Below are positions 1 to 13,900 of a DNA stretch of 29,422 bases, piece after piece (position 1 is the stretch's first letter; the number at the start of each line of letters is the position of its first letter). The DNA comes from Zygophlyctis sp. KS116. Lineage: Eukaryota > Fungi > Chytridiomycota. The notes below the pieces were generated by a model that saw nothing but the letters and a program-made list of their open reading frames with translations, made no database searches and was not told the origin of the DNA. The DNA is taken from contig BAAFSQ010000115.1 in assembly GCA_054661495.1 (NCBI GenBank), forward strand, positions 1 through 29,422, given 5' to 3'. The position numbers and the translations under genes were made by a program.

Positions 1-813
1 TCAAAGTTTATCCCATCTACTCGTGTGCCATCAAAAAGCAAACACAAAAAATAAACCATCAAAGAAGCGAAAAATGTTGGAATATCATCTTTAGATTTTA
101 TAGCACCAGGGTTTGTTACAAAATCAAACGACAATACACGACCGCACTGGATAGCATCTTCAATCCATCCATTCTTAAATTCAGCCTTTACCTTTTGCAT
201 CCCAATCATCTTGAGAAGAAATGTCTTTCCCATTCCTCTACTAGTACTGATAATGATTGGCCAAAACTTTTGAAGACGGATCCGTCTATTCATAGGATCG
301 GGGAGTGTAATATCATTAATTTTCCCCAAAACTTCATCTCTTCCAAGTAGCGTCAAGAAAGATTCACCATTAGGCGCAAAGAAGGGAAACTTTACTTCAG
401 GTTCTGCTGGAGGAACAAATGGAGGAAAAACAATTTCTACTATAAGTCTGCTGTGCGATTACCTAGATTTGGAACAACAACAATAAGAGCATCATCTTCT
501 GACTTTCCAAGATCATCCACAGGAGAATCTTCATCGAGCGGCTCTTCCTGTGATAAGAATTCTACTAAATTACCTTTTCTACAGCAGCGTCTCTCTTATC
601 AAATGATTGCTTGTTCTTAAAGACCAAGAGATCAGAAGCATGAATAGAAGAGAGTTTATTACTACACTTGACTTTGACAGCATCTCTAAACTGGTCAATA
701 ACAGCAGATTGAGGGAGAGAAACAGAAGTAGCGATTGTTCCCTTATATGGAAGACCATTAGCAGAGTCATAGAGATCAAACCAAAACATTTCAGTTGCGT
801 TTTTTCTTTTCAT
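1..813 (-). CDS. Crinkler (CRN)-like protein: N-terminal ubiquitin-like header + P-loop NTPase; 3' part lies beyond the window edge
   Basis: ATG 813 is the most plausible start (frame is open to 1005). Header MKRKNATEMFWFDLYDSANGLPYKGT...FRDAVK...DLLVFKNK...[intron 548-573, 26 nt]EEPLDEDSPVDDLGKSEDDALIVVVPNL[intron 440-462, 23 nt, phase 1]VEIVFPPF...LLGRDEVL...FWPIIISTSRGMGKTFLLK (Walker A-like), open to position 1. Family assignment is from recall of fungal/oomycete CRN headers. Confidence 0.8.
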
Positions 814-1023
814 TGAGGCCTGCGGTCCGAGACTGTGAATTCCAACTTTCCCGCTTATCAGTCCAACATTTTGGCGATCAAGGTTTCTGGTACCATGCAT
901 CGGTCGCTGAAAAGGTCTCATTGCTATTGTCTTAAAACTGTTTGCTATTTTAAAACTATTCAAAATCATTTCAACAATAGATTGTATGTCCAGTTGTAGG
1001 CACAAAGCAAGCCTCGTGGTTCT

Positions 1024-4000
1024 TCAACTTTTGTTTCTGCCGATAAATCCTAAGAAACGATCTAAATCTCCCTTTAAAGGATCGAACAGATCATTCAAAG
1101 TTCTAATCCTTACATTCACCTTTTAATGAACATTTTGAAAGTATACCTTTAATTTTGTTTCTTGGCTTAGATCAATAGTTTCATTTGACAAGTCCCAAAG
1201 TATTTCCTTTCCGTGAAATACAATTTCATCATTTCCCCATCCAAGAATGTTTTCATTTTCGATTGAGTAAGCAGGGAAATTCATACATGAATGTAAAATA
1301 TTTAAAACTCCCAAATTCCACATATTTAGCGCTGAATTGATTCGATTACTAGGTATAGATATCATAGCATCTAAGATGTAAACCAGCCATATTTCTAATT
1401 GTGATTTTGACAGACTGCACAAATGTGTTTTTAAAGCATTGCTACCGGCAGTTATTATCTCTAGTGAATCTGAACTGAAGCATTCCTGAAGGATAGATAC
1501 TAGAAATTTAATATCATCCCAATATAAAAAAGAAAACCAAACCCACGGTGGGTTTAGTTCATTTTGTCTCTGTTGAACTGAAAGATTTTGTGAGTTTGAA
1601 CAGATCAAACAAAAATTCCTGATAATCATGATCTCATCTGCAGAAATATCATTCGCACATTTTCCTATCCAATCAATTAAAAACGTAGTAATTTGGTAAA
1701 TCAACTCTTTTCCTAAAGTTTCAGGATAATTCCAGTCTTTTAGGCATATCTTTAAGGACTCTGATAGCGTAATCTAAAAGATTATAAAAAATATATACTT
1801 TATCCTGCACATTGGAACCGTAGAGGACAGCGTTCAGTAATTTTTTCACATTTTCAATGCATTCGGTATGAGGAATATATGGCGATAACAGAAAATCTTT
1901 TATCTTTGAAAATCCGGCAAGCTGTAAATAATTTCCTATTCCATCGAGTGATGTAAGAAAAGAAGAGTCCTCCATGCCGATTGAAATGAAAGTTTGAGAA
2001 AAATAAGAAGAAAGGCTGATGGAGTCTGATAAAACTGAATGCTTGGCTGCAAATCTGAATAGCATCAAGTTCAATTCAGGAATAAATTTAGATACATGTC
2101 CTAGCATTCTGGTCCAATCAACTCTTGGCAATGGGGCGCTGACATTCATAAGTGACTCTAAAAATACCGAATCGTTGACAGATTTGGTACAGCATAATTT
2201 GTCGAATACAAATCGGATAATACTATTATCTGCATCTAGCCTGGAAAGATCTTTAGATTCAACTGAGCTCTGATCCCCCAAATAATAAGATCGCGTTGAT
2301 GAGAGACTAATAAATAATTTTGCCAGCGCCCAGGATGAAACACGTATTACTTTAGGATCAGACAATGTGGAAATAATTTCTACAAGGAGTTGGCAAAATG
2401 CAAACTTTTTAGAAACTATTAGTAAATTTCGGTGGATAGAAACGACTAGTAATAGCAATGCATTGATTTTTTCCATTGCGATGCTGGTCTTTGATTGTAG
2501 CGTTTCCTGAATAACATTCAATACCCTGTCTAATACCTCCGAATTACTGCTTTGCAAAATATTCCAAAGTATGTACAGATATTCATCAGTTCCCTTTTCT
2601 ACATTAAGATTCTCTAAATACTCTCCGAGTTTTTCCGTCTGTGCATCCTCCAAAACAAAATCTCTTACAACTGGAATTTGCAGTCCAATTTTACATATTT
2701 CGCTCATCTGCGAGCAGTCTATGAGAGAATTGGAGATATTCTCACGAAAACTCCTGAAGAATGATAAAACACAAGTAGAGGAATTCTCTTTTCTTGTTTT
2801 CAGCTTGAGAATTACAGAGCTCAAAATTGGAAATAATCTCTTTGAGAATCCCTCCATGATGGAGATTTCAGATAATGTTTTTGGAAGTAAATAGCATATA
2901 ATGCACGATTTCATATCTGACCTTAAAATTAAAAATAGATTATCCTACCCAAATTCTGATTCTAGCATTAATTCGATGAAATCAACTTTTCTTTTAATAT
3001 CATGGCTATTAAAAATGGATGACAAGTCTGCCATCACCATTAAAACCGAAATTTGTAAATCACGGCTAGTCTTATAATCTTCTGGGATAAATCCGGAAGA
3101 ATTCAACTTTAAATGATTAAAAAGTTGGTCAAAACATTCAACTGCTAGATTGTATGCGCCCAGAATTCCTAGTTTAAATGCGGAACTTATAAGTGCTGTA
3201 ATTTAGTAAAGAATATTTACATCCAATGCAGTAAAGTAAGTTAGATGCTGACTGAGGTGTTGATGAATTTATGATTTTTTCTTCAATTAAAGATGAATAA
3301 GCTGTTGAAATGATTGATTCAATTTGATTGATCTTTTCTACATGACTAGCACATTTTGAATTTTCATATAGGTTGCAAAGATAGCAACTCCAGAAATTCT
3401 CCAAAAAATCACAAATATTTAAAATTTGCCAGATACTGTCCATATTCATATTTTTTATAACCAATACGGCTTCTCTTAATTCTAATAAATTTTTTGCTGT
3501 GATAAATGGGCAGTCAACTACTGATAAGAAACACAATGCACTTTTTCGTGTTGGATTCATTCGCCCGGCAGCTATTTCCTTTCTTACAGAAGCCATAATG
3601 GATTTTTTGAAGTTGATAACCATTTTTTCTTCATCACTTATCTCCTTTTCCTGCCCAGCTGTCCGATCGCCCTTTAAGAGCCCACGCCGCATATTTGAAG
3701 CTTCATCGTTGATCAATCTTCTTAATAACATCATATCCTTTCCTAAAAATTGATAGCTATTTATGAATGTAATTGAATTTATAATAGAATCGACAGGAAA
3801 GCATGATAAACATTCTGATACGATTGCTTGAATCTCCAAGCTTTTGTGTGTTAAATTTGGAAGTAGATGATGATTTAAAATATCATTCCGAAATTCCTGA
3901 AAAGTTTCGGATACTAGAATTTAGTTTTTTGTTGGTCATACCATTTGAAGACTGCCCTACTAAACCGAAAAATCGTATTATTTCAAAAAGGATGATATCA

Positions 4001-5739
4001 GGCAACTTGCTTTCAAACCGTTCGATAAAAGGTTTTAGAGTAACATCCCAGACTTACGTTAGAAGATCTATATACCTGCTTGAAGATCAATCACGTCATC
4101 GTTAACACATAAATTCAAACCAAATAGAAAATCAGCATGAGATTTCTCTGAGAAGTACAGCGATGAAAGCCCATTCAATATAAGTGCAACCAAATCCTCT
4201 GTATCTTTACTCTGGTGCTCACAACAAGATCTAACCGTATAAACTATTTTTAAATAACCTTATCGCCCAGGATAGAGCTCCCTCAACTTTTGAGTCTTTT
4301 ATAAGAGCTAATTTCCATTTCTGCATCGTTTCACCCAAAATCGATCTTAGTTTTGGCCAAATCCTTGGGTATCCTTTCCATATATAGTACATTGAAAGAA
4401 TCCTACTAGATGTATCTTCAAGAAGGAAAACAGAGTTTATCCCTGACATAACCATAAAAGGATCTTTTGATTTAGAAATTATAGTCGGAATAATATTAAC
4501 AAAAAGAAATGAGTGAGTGTCTTGAGAAAGCCGATTGCACGAATAAAGAAGAAACGAAAACTTTGCCAATGAATAAGGCTGCGATGTTGCAAGTAAATTC
4601 AGAGCCGCGTACTGAATAGACTTTTTTGAATGAAATACAAGAGAGGATAGTATTAATGTAGATAAGTATTCCCTTTTTGGCAAGTAAAATGAATTTAGAT
4701 CATATTCCGTTACTGAATGCATTTCAAATATGGGACCAATCATATTGAATATAACATCTCCAAAATCTTTTGCGTGATATTCAAAGTCATTGATTTGATG
4801 AAGATACTCTTTTTCTATCCCAGAGAAAGTCCAATCCACCAATTTTACTAGTATTTCTAAAGTCAGAGTTTAAAGTAACTCACCATTTTCACAAGTTTTT
4901 TCCGTCTTAACTTTAGTTAGAGGCCAAACCAATAGCCTTTTTAATACAATTGTATTTATTTGAATATCCCATTTTTCTATTCGCCGCCTAGCATTGTCCA
5001 ATATGGAAACCCACACGGAACAAACCTCTTTATCGAGAGAGTTAGATAAAACTATGGCCGAACAAAAAATCACTGCAATCTCTGATTTCCATGATGATTC
5101 CCTATAATCCCAATTTCTAATAAGTAAAGATATTTCCATTATTGGATATCCCATTTCAAATCTCGTAATCAAATGATCCAAAAATAGTTCAAACTGACCA
5201 TTCCCAGTAGTTATTTTGATAAGCCTTAAGCAAGTTGAAAAGTACTGTTGAATTGGTTTTTTCGGAAGAATCTCCAATACATCATGGATAATACGCACGA
5301 CAAATGACTTTTGTGGCAAATCGGATATCAAATCTATGATATCATACTGAATAGCCCGAATATCATGAATGGCTTCCGAATCCTGATCTTTCCTAGTTAA
5401 AGAAAATAGATCCAGTATAAATTCCTTTAAAAACATTAACTGTGCATCACTCTGCTCATGCGACCAAAGATAATCAATTATTTGAGGCCAATCTTTTGAT
5501 ATTTCGGACATGGCCCAAGAAAAAGGATGCTGTCCGTTGACTCTTGATAATGTATTATGATATTTACAGAGAATTGAAGGAAATATTGCATGTTCTCTTA
5601 ACGTCTTAATATTCCATTGCAATTCTGCTTCAATCAGCAGTTGGGGAAATTTAATGCGGTCGATATCAGCCTCCTTTAAATTCTTTAAACTAGATCGTAC
5701 TATATTAGGATGAAAACAAAACAATTCTTGATTTTGCAT
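1024..5739 (-). CDS. Focadhesin / RST1-like ARM-repeat protein (~1501 aa, 9 exons)
   Basis: Minus-strand ORFs are joined in frame by GT-AG introns 4857-4883, 4231-4258, 4053-4075, 3914-3941, 3196-3220, 2922-2948, 1774-1798 and 1120-1146; stop TGA 1024-1026. All-helical composition. Motifs WKGYPRIWPKL, IDLQAVW and APLPRVDW resemble focadhesin/RST1 (DUF3730/DUF3028) from recall. Confidence 0.6.
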
Positions 5740-5760
5740 GCGGCAATCAACTTGTATCGG

Positions 5761-7587
5761 TTAGGTCCGATTAACATAAACAGGGAAATACACTTCATCA
5801 GTGCTAATATCACTGATATTTTGATCACTGCATTCTCCAGATTCAACATCAGATTCCTCTAAACGCATAGGTGCAGAATAATCTACTGAATCATGTCGAG
5901 GATTGTCAATCGAGAGTGTGTTTTCCCTATTAGCTGTAGTAATTTCGGTTTCAGAATGCAAAGTCTCGTCATGAGTAGAAATGCCTTGTTCTATTTGTTC
6001 AGGCTCCTCTAGAAAATCATCCATATCTTGACTGGTTTCAGAATCTTGATTATCAACGTGACCATATTCTTTATTAGAAGAGCTTCCAGAGGACTCTTGA
6101 TGATCAACAGATTCTTCTATTTCGCAAACTTCCATTTCACTCTGTTCGTCTTGATTCCTATTAGATTGCTCAGAGTTATCATCTCTATCAGTCCATTCAT
6201 CTGTTTCAGAAACTTCAAAATCAGGAGGAGTCTTCAAATGATACATTCTTGACCAAGGAATATTTGGATAAAGTACATTGCTAGGTTGTCCTTTAAAGTG
6301 AAGAGTGCAACTAGAGTTAGTTTTTAAAAGTTACGTTTTATTATCCAAGTCTTGTAAAACAACATTGGCTTCATAATTTTGTCCATCAATCCTAAGACAT
6401 TAAATAACTTTATATACCAATGACATGTCACTAAAGTCCCTTTAATAAAGGTTTTACCTAAATCCATCAACTGTTTTTCTTTTTGCTTGTTTTTCTCATT
6501 TTGTTTGAGCTTATTATGTTTTACACTAGAAGTTAAGACTCTTTAAAGTACCAATAAAATGCCAGAATGTCGTCTTCATCAATTAATAAGTCCATTTGAT
6601 CAGCACATGAAGGATGAATAGAGTTTGAACACTTGACACACTGAATACATGCACCATAGTTTGATCCTTTTTTCCTGCAAGCTAAACAAGAGAATGACCA
6701 TCTTTCATGTGGGATATTTTCCACACCTTGAACTAGTTCTTGATACTCATCTCCCAAAGTATTTTCAGTGAAAATTATCTCTGTTTCTGGCATTAGTTCT
6801 GCGCACAGTCTATGAATCATCCTTCCACCAACAGTATGTAAAAAAGGTCCAATACTTGAAGGACAAAGAATACACTTGTCAATCTTATCATTCGGAACAA
6901 TTGCAGGCTCCTGATTCCTTTTTGCTTTAAGCTTTGGCAGAGTATTATCTGGCAGAGTATTATCTGGCAGAGTATTATTTTCCTTTTTGATCCTTGATTT
7001 TCTTTGTTGATCCATTTCAAGCCATGCCTTCCACTTATATTTTGATCGTAACTCTCCTGTTTTCCTAAACCTAACCGCCAGCCTTATTTTTGAGTCCGGA
7101 TTATCCCAATGTTTATCAACAAAATCCTGAAAAAAAGGATCGCTATCATTCCATAATTTCAAATTTGGATCATCTGAATCAATAATCAACTATAGTTAAA
7201 ACTAGAAAATTTTTACCATTTTACTCTCAAAAAAGTAGAGTAAAAGTTGATCTGAATCCACTTGATCCTTTAACCGTTCATCATACTGATCCTTTGGAAC
7301 AATCATTGCAGGCCATAAAACCTCTGTATCTGGAAAATCCGGATAATATATAGCCATTGAATGATTTCTAATAAAATCACCTAATTTTTAGTTTTTCCTA
7401 GAATACTATTAGTAATATTATTATTAGACTCAATGTCTGGACACAATTTCCTCTTTTTTGATGCTCCAGGATCCTTCATTGGATCTTTACAAATTTCAGT
7501 AATTACATCAAGATTATATTGGGAGATTATATCCCTACTTTCTAGATCCGATGCAAGATCTAATAATTTGTTTAAAAGAGAATTCAT
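5761..7587 (-). CDS. Chromatin reader: PWWP-like + extended PHD (zf-HC5HC2H) + Tudor-like domain + acidic tail (~565 aa)
   Basis: Introns 7381-7406, 7190-7216, 6526-6551, 6392-6417 and 6311-6334 give a continuous frame. Motifs: VLWPAMIV (PWWP); CILC...IHRLCAELMPE...CLAC...GACIQCVKC...HPSCA...YCVKH (ePHD, last C created by splicing); KGTLVTCHWIDGQNYEANV (Tudor-like). Confidence 0.75.
6936..6979 (-). repeat. 15-bp coding tandem repeat x3 (NTLPD repeats)
   Basis: ggcagagtattatct repeated ~3 times on the + strand; encodes NTLPD-NTLPD-NTLP on the minus strand. Confidence 0.95.
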
Positions 7588-7941
7588 TTTTAGCCCCTAC
7601 CCTGGTATCTCATGAGTAGGTTGTAAATAGTAAAAGAAAATCAGGGTCAGGTCTTTACAAAGAAAATGATGAAAACTTTTACATTTGAAGTCTGAGATTT
7701 CTCTTTTTAGAAATTTGTTGAAGTAGGACTCGTTTTGAGTTTTTCTTCTTTTAGACCTAAAGATTTTGTAATGTCATAGTTACTCTGATTCTTTATAATT
7801 TTTTATTAAATTTTACAATTCTTAATTTCCCATTTCCATTCTTTATTCCCAAATCCTTTATTTTAATGTGTTTTTGAGTTTTTGAGTTTACAGTAGAAGT
7901 AGAGTTTTGAGGAAGAGTCACTTTAAATCTCTAAAGAAGAG

Positions 7942-10900
7942 ATGCTCAGAGTAAAGAATCCACTATTTCTTAAACAGTCTGATGTATTTCTATCTGGTCT
8001 ATTGCCTTTATGGATGAATGTTGAGCATGTTGGACCATTTTCTTATGAAAATACTGGAGGGAATGTAACTCTAGTGTCGGATCGTTACAGAGTGGTTTTT
8101 CTGTTGAATTTCTCTCATTCTATGCGTTCAGTGGATTCAGTCACTGGAATGATAAAATCAAGTCTGGCATTTGAAACTCTTTGTAAATGTTTAACTGGAC
8201 TATTGCAGACATGGTCAAATTCAAAATTATTTTATAGATTTTCAGTAATTGCTCATGGATCTTCTTGTAGAATTAAAATATTAATTCAAGATATTCAGCC
8301 TACAAGGGATAATATTAATGAATTTTTAAAGGAAATTTATGATGCAGCTTTAGAGTTTGAAAATGGACTTTATGAATTAGAAGATACAGATTTATTTTCT
8401 ACATTTGAACAAGGATTGGCTGCATTGGATTTATTACCAAAAGATCATTTACCGGTTTTGGTTTATATTACAGATGGTGTGTCTGTTGCGAGAAATTCTT
8501 CAAAACTAATGGGTAAAAGTCATTTGCCAATGAGATTAGTAAGTATTTCTCTTTATAAAATTTAGGTATATGGAAAAGTATCATTGTCAATCATTCAAGT
8601 TGGTTCAGAAAATGGTTATACTCCAAATTCTCATTTTGGGAATGTTGCGGATAATGAATTATTAAGATTTATTTGTATTTTACTCTCTGGACGGTTTTTA
8701 TACGCATCGGATACTCCTTTAATAACTATTGGAGACTCTAAACCAAATTTTTATCATGTACAATTATTGTTTAGAGAAGCGGATTACTCAAAATTGATTT
8801 CATTAAATGCAGATTCTGAACGTTATTTTGCTATTCAAGGGAATACTCCAAAAAGATTGGTTGATATTCCAAGATCTACTGTTATAAATGCTAGAGATAT
8901 TAAGCATTCTAATAAGATTTCACAAGATGAAATAGATTATCCTTGGAAATCTAATTCTCTTCCACCAATAATTTCTGAAATACTAACAAGTGTTCGAGAA
9001 TATAATTTGCCTTGTTGGATTACTTCATCTCGACTCATTAGTGCTAGAATTAGAGAGGGATTTATTTTAAGATCAATTAATATTTCAAAGAGAAATAAGA
9101 TTGAAGTTACACTCACAAAGCCATGGGATTTACATGTTACTATACTATACACAATTAAGGCTTATAAAGGATGGAGTTCTTTTTTTCCAATGGATCCAAA
9201 TTTGGCACCTTCAAGATCTGGTAAACCGTTAAAGGTGGAAGTCAATATTCTAGCGCATCATTCTTTTGCGATTTTGTTTGTGAATACCTATATGATTGGT
9301 CAAAGTACAAATCCGGCTATAGAAAACTTGTATTCTAGATTAATGAGATTAGATGAACATTTAAAGCAAATGTATGCACTTGATGATGCAATGTCGGTAT
9401 GTACCAATTATTTAATGAAAATAGACTATAAGCTCAATTGAATATTTTTATGCAAATAATCTTGATAGTAAATCAAAGGGAAGCATTACTTCAGATATGT
9501 TTAATAAGGAGTTGAAAGACTACTTCTTGTTTATTTATCAAAATATGTTGCCTTTTAAATCAATTTTTGATTATTGGAAGACAGATTGGATACTTTACTC
9601 AAGAGAGTCAATGATGGGGATAAAGCGCCAGGCTGCTATTATTTACCTGACTGAATTTTTCTCAAAATGGTCTGATGTTACGATAGATAAACATGCATAT
9701 GCTAAAATGATCATCAATGATCGAAAATATGACAAGCAAGAGTCCAAAAAAAGCTATGGATATGTTCTTGTCAAAATTGTTATGAAAACGGAATTTGTTG
9801 CTACAACCAGTCTGTATTTCTACAATGCTGATATTGAAGAACGTTCAAAAATAATACATAGTCTGCAGGCAGACTTGGACCATACATATTTTCCAGGAAC
9901 CATATCTAAAGTGATGGTTCGATGTAAACGTCCTCTGCGCGATCTTTTGGTATCATACATACCGGTGGCTGATTCTTCAAATGAGCTCTCTATTTTAGTT
10001 CCCAAAGTAAGAGAAACATTATTACGATCACGATGGATTTGGTGGAAAAATGCCAATTCTAATTCATACTTTAATCGCATCAGGGAGATGATTGATACCT
10101 TGTACCGGCGTAGGATTTCAGAGGGATTTAATACTGTTTTTGAGTCACAAAATTGCATATCATTTTACATGGAGCATGAATATAGTGATATTAACTGCAC
10201 TACTGTTAAATTATTCTCTATTCAATATATCATTTTGGTTACTGAAGATTATATAGCTACTGAACTTTGGTCAGAACCACTGAAGAGAACTGCAGATATC
10301 TTTCCAAGAAATTACTTACATTTAGAATTTAAAAACAGAATTTTTCGGTCTGATTATATTGCTATAACATACTCTAAAACATACAGCATCATCGAAAATT
10401 ATTTGAATTCAGTTGAAAACCAAAAAGATTTAACAAAACAAATGGTCGTAAATATTACAAAATGCATGTCAGAAATGTCTCTCAATCATTTTGAGGACTA
10501 CGAGGTTCCGATTGATTGTAATATATATCCTCTCTTGAATAAGGCGAATATTTCGATCATTTCATTTTCTTTTTCATTTCCTGGAAGGAGTGAGCAAGAA
10601 TCAATGCAGAAGTCTGGGACCAACACACTACGTGAAAACTTGGAATTATTTTTTGGATTTTTTTTACGCTCTTTAGGATTGTTTGCTTTTCCTATCATTG
10701 CGGAAAAGAATTCTGAGGAGTTTTTATTTTTAAATCATATGGACAAATCTCTTAGTGAAGAGATTTTGAACTTTAATGGCGAGAACTTAAGATTCTGCGA
10801 TTGCAAATATTTCGTGAAGAAACTTAATAATGAAAGATTCGCCATCCTTCTCGTACCGTCTCCTGAATCGCCGAATTTCTATCAATATGTATCGGATTCT

Positions 10901-13900
10901 GAAAACCTAGTTATAACACCAGTAGTTATCTTTGAATGTTTTGCAAATACTGCTGATTCTCCAGAAGAAAATGTAAATTACTCTGCGTTAGATGCGCATT
11001 TCAAGCACATTGGTGCCGACGGCCATTTGTTCCTTTCACGAGGAGAAGAATCCTTGGAATCAGATCAAATACAAGCGCTAACATTAGAAATAGGGGCGTT
11101 GTATTATCAAAGTTGGTTTCAAGCGGCTTGCCTATCTATATTTAAAAGGAAAAAAGTTGATTTTTATCTTGACGAAAAGATTCTGGGTCATTGTAACTCT
11201 AAGGTAGAAACATTTTCAGTATCAAACATTTTTCAAATGTTAATGGAAGCTGGCATTGGTTTATCGGAAGTAAAACTTGATGATATTTTGGATTACTGGA
11301 TTTCGATTGATACTAAAGAAGAAAAAAATAGATCGTTATGGACTTACATGCCAGAAGAAGCCGTAAATAATGACTCCTCAAAAAGCGGGATTGATCATTA
11401 TTTCGTTCATTTTGGGATTGAAATCGTGAATGAACATGGTAATCTTTTTTATCCATTAGTGAATAATTTCTTTGAAATTACCGAATTTTCCAGCGCTACT
11501 CTGGTCATCACAATGTTTTATTTTGAAACCGCAGAAGTTGTAATGAATTGCAAAATAAGTTCACTGGCTTCTGATATCAAATCCTTTTTCAATGCATTTA
11601 CATTAAAAAGAGTCTGTGGATCTCAAATAGTCAGCGGTAAAGTCAAGAAACTTCTAGATGATTTAGTGGCTGCTGATTTACCAGAATCTATTCGTGAAAC
11701 TGTCACAACTTACGATTTTAATCTTTCATTAATTGGGGAAGAGGAAAAACAAAATGAAAATCTTTTGGATATACTGGGTGGTATGGTATGCGATGAATTT
11801 TCAATATATATTGACAATGGTCTTATACAAGCTCAGGTTAAGAGCGACTGTCGATATTGGCTTTTTATTGAACTGTCGGGCGGCAAATTCAGGTTAAAAT
11901 GCTATGATTCAAAAGTATCGATCGACGAAAAAAATACCATGATTAGTTCTCTTAGTAGCTTGATGGATGAAGCTGTATTCAAAGCTAATCAGTTAATTCT
12001 ACTTAAGGAAATGGATGAAACAAGATTCGCTAGGTAAAATCTTTTTAACTTAAAAAAGTGATTATCTGATTGATCCAGAAATTTTTGGTATTTCACAGGG
12101 GTCTTTGAGTAGTGATTTAAGATATTCCTTCACAGTTGGAGCCTTTGCATGCCCTTTGATATTTGAATACGATTTTCTGCTTCATCATCGAGTTACTGCT
12201 GAAGTCGGTTTGAATATCATTAACGGCGTGATGCAACCGTTTGCTATATTGAATCGACCTGGAATGTTTGTCTCCACTCAGAAGGAGCCTTCGGGAAAGT
12301 CGTATATCTACTACATGCATTTCATCGGTTTACCCGTTGATTCTAACAGTGGACAAAAAGGTGAGAATTCGGTCATATCATTGAGAATATATGGATTTGA
12401 GAGTTTAAGCCAGCAGGGCTTCATGGAACTAGTTAATATGATTCATTCCAAGTTGGATATATCAGTAATAAACTTATTGGGAACTTGGATATCGCGTTAC
12501 GGATCGTCTAAATTGGTTAAGGAAGATTTTGAAATACTGCTACCAGTTGATAAAGCCCCCGCTCAAAAAATAATACATGAATGCGACACAGATCCGCTCG
12601 CATTCTTAACTTTGATCCCTAGGAAATTTATTGGATGCTTTCATTCCTTGGTAAAAACCCCGATTGAAATTATTGATAAGTATATAGCACTGAAATTTTC
12701 TGGGATAAATGAGAAAATAAGGTAATTTTCACGTACTTGATCAAAATAGATCGTGTTATCATGTTCTCGCATATAATAATGTTTCGTCTAGGGATCCTAC
12801 CGAATTTGAAAAACAAGTGGGTGTTGGGATTTGTTCAGTATTAATCATGCTTTTGGATAGCAATGGCATTCCTATCGAATGGAAAGAACCTGCCCTTCCT
12901 CTAAAGTACCGGCCTTTAAAGGTTGCAGTGGAAATATGGCCGCATGAAACTCTCAGTTTAGACTTTTTAGTCCCGGAGATAATGTCACAAATCAAACAGG
13001 CTCAATTTGATCTGTCATTATCATTCGACATTGGGCAACTATATGAGCGTACCTTATCAAATGACGCATCTTTGGATTATTCAAAATTCTCATCTATTGA
13101 TGGATCTTTAATATCTCATCGAGATAATAATGATATTTTCCATTATGAATATCATGTGAATATTGAAACTTATATATCTACAATGTCCGATATCATATTT
13201 GATGAAGTATCGAAGCTGCATAAAGGCTCCATACTCCTTCAGAAGTATCAAAAGCTCAACAGAGGGAATGAAATTCAAACATTTATTGTTGGTTTTTTCA
13301 TTCCAAGAGATCGCAGTAATTCTGCATTGGATTTATCATCAAATGATTTGCAGCTCCTCTCTATGTCTAACATAAACAATGCTACTTTGCAAACACAGCG
13401 CACACGATCTGCTGCTCTATCTTACGACGAGTTATTTTCTGTTCAATTTTTTATAATTTCACTACAGAAATCCCCTCATATTTCTGCATATCATGCGTCG
13501 AATGATTTGATCCAGGAACTTAAACATCTGGTCTTCCGCTGGTCTACAAATTTTGATTTCAAAAATCAAAAAATAAGCCCAATATTATTTCAAGGAAGCT
13601 TATCAGCAGTTGATCAAAGCCATCTGGCAGCTATCGATGCTTTTGAGTATTATCTGAGTAGCCAAAAGGATAAAAAATCTAGTGATGTTTACGAAAGGGA
13701 AATTCACTTGCAGGAGTGGACAGCATTTCCTTTAATCAATGATCAATCAGAAATGGATAACACAAAAAAATATGAATGGAAAATTAGATACCAGAAAGAA
13801 ATACTTCGTACTTTTGGTAATATGATCAAAGCTCATGGCTACCAACAGAGGGAAAATATTGTGTCTGATCAATTTAATCTTGATAACTCAAAAATATCTA

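Noticed and set aside
814-1005. N-terminal extension of the left CRN ORF as given in the track
   Set aside because: Starts at a non-ATG codon and has no counterpart in the right CRN copy; treated as probable UTR/promoter, although in-frame ATGs exist and cannot be excluded.
2019-4105. Plus-strand ORFs (2019-2273, 2571-2894, 3499-3753, 3803-4105) and similar antisense ORFs elsewhere (e.g. 9820-10158, 24924-25466)
   Set aside because: Shadow ORFs antisense to well-supported genes, with no recognisable motifs.
5750-5792. Intron fusing the PHD reader gene to the focadhesin-like gene
   Set aside because: The candidate would be 43 nt and leaves the downstream ATG out of frame.
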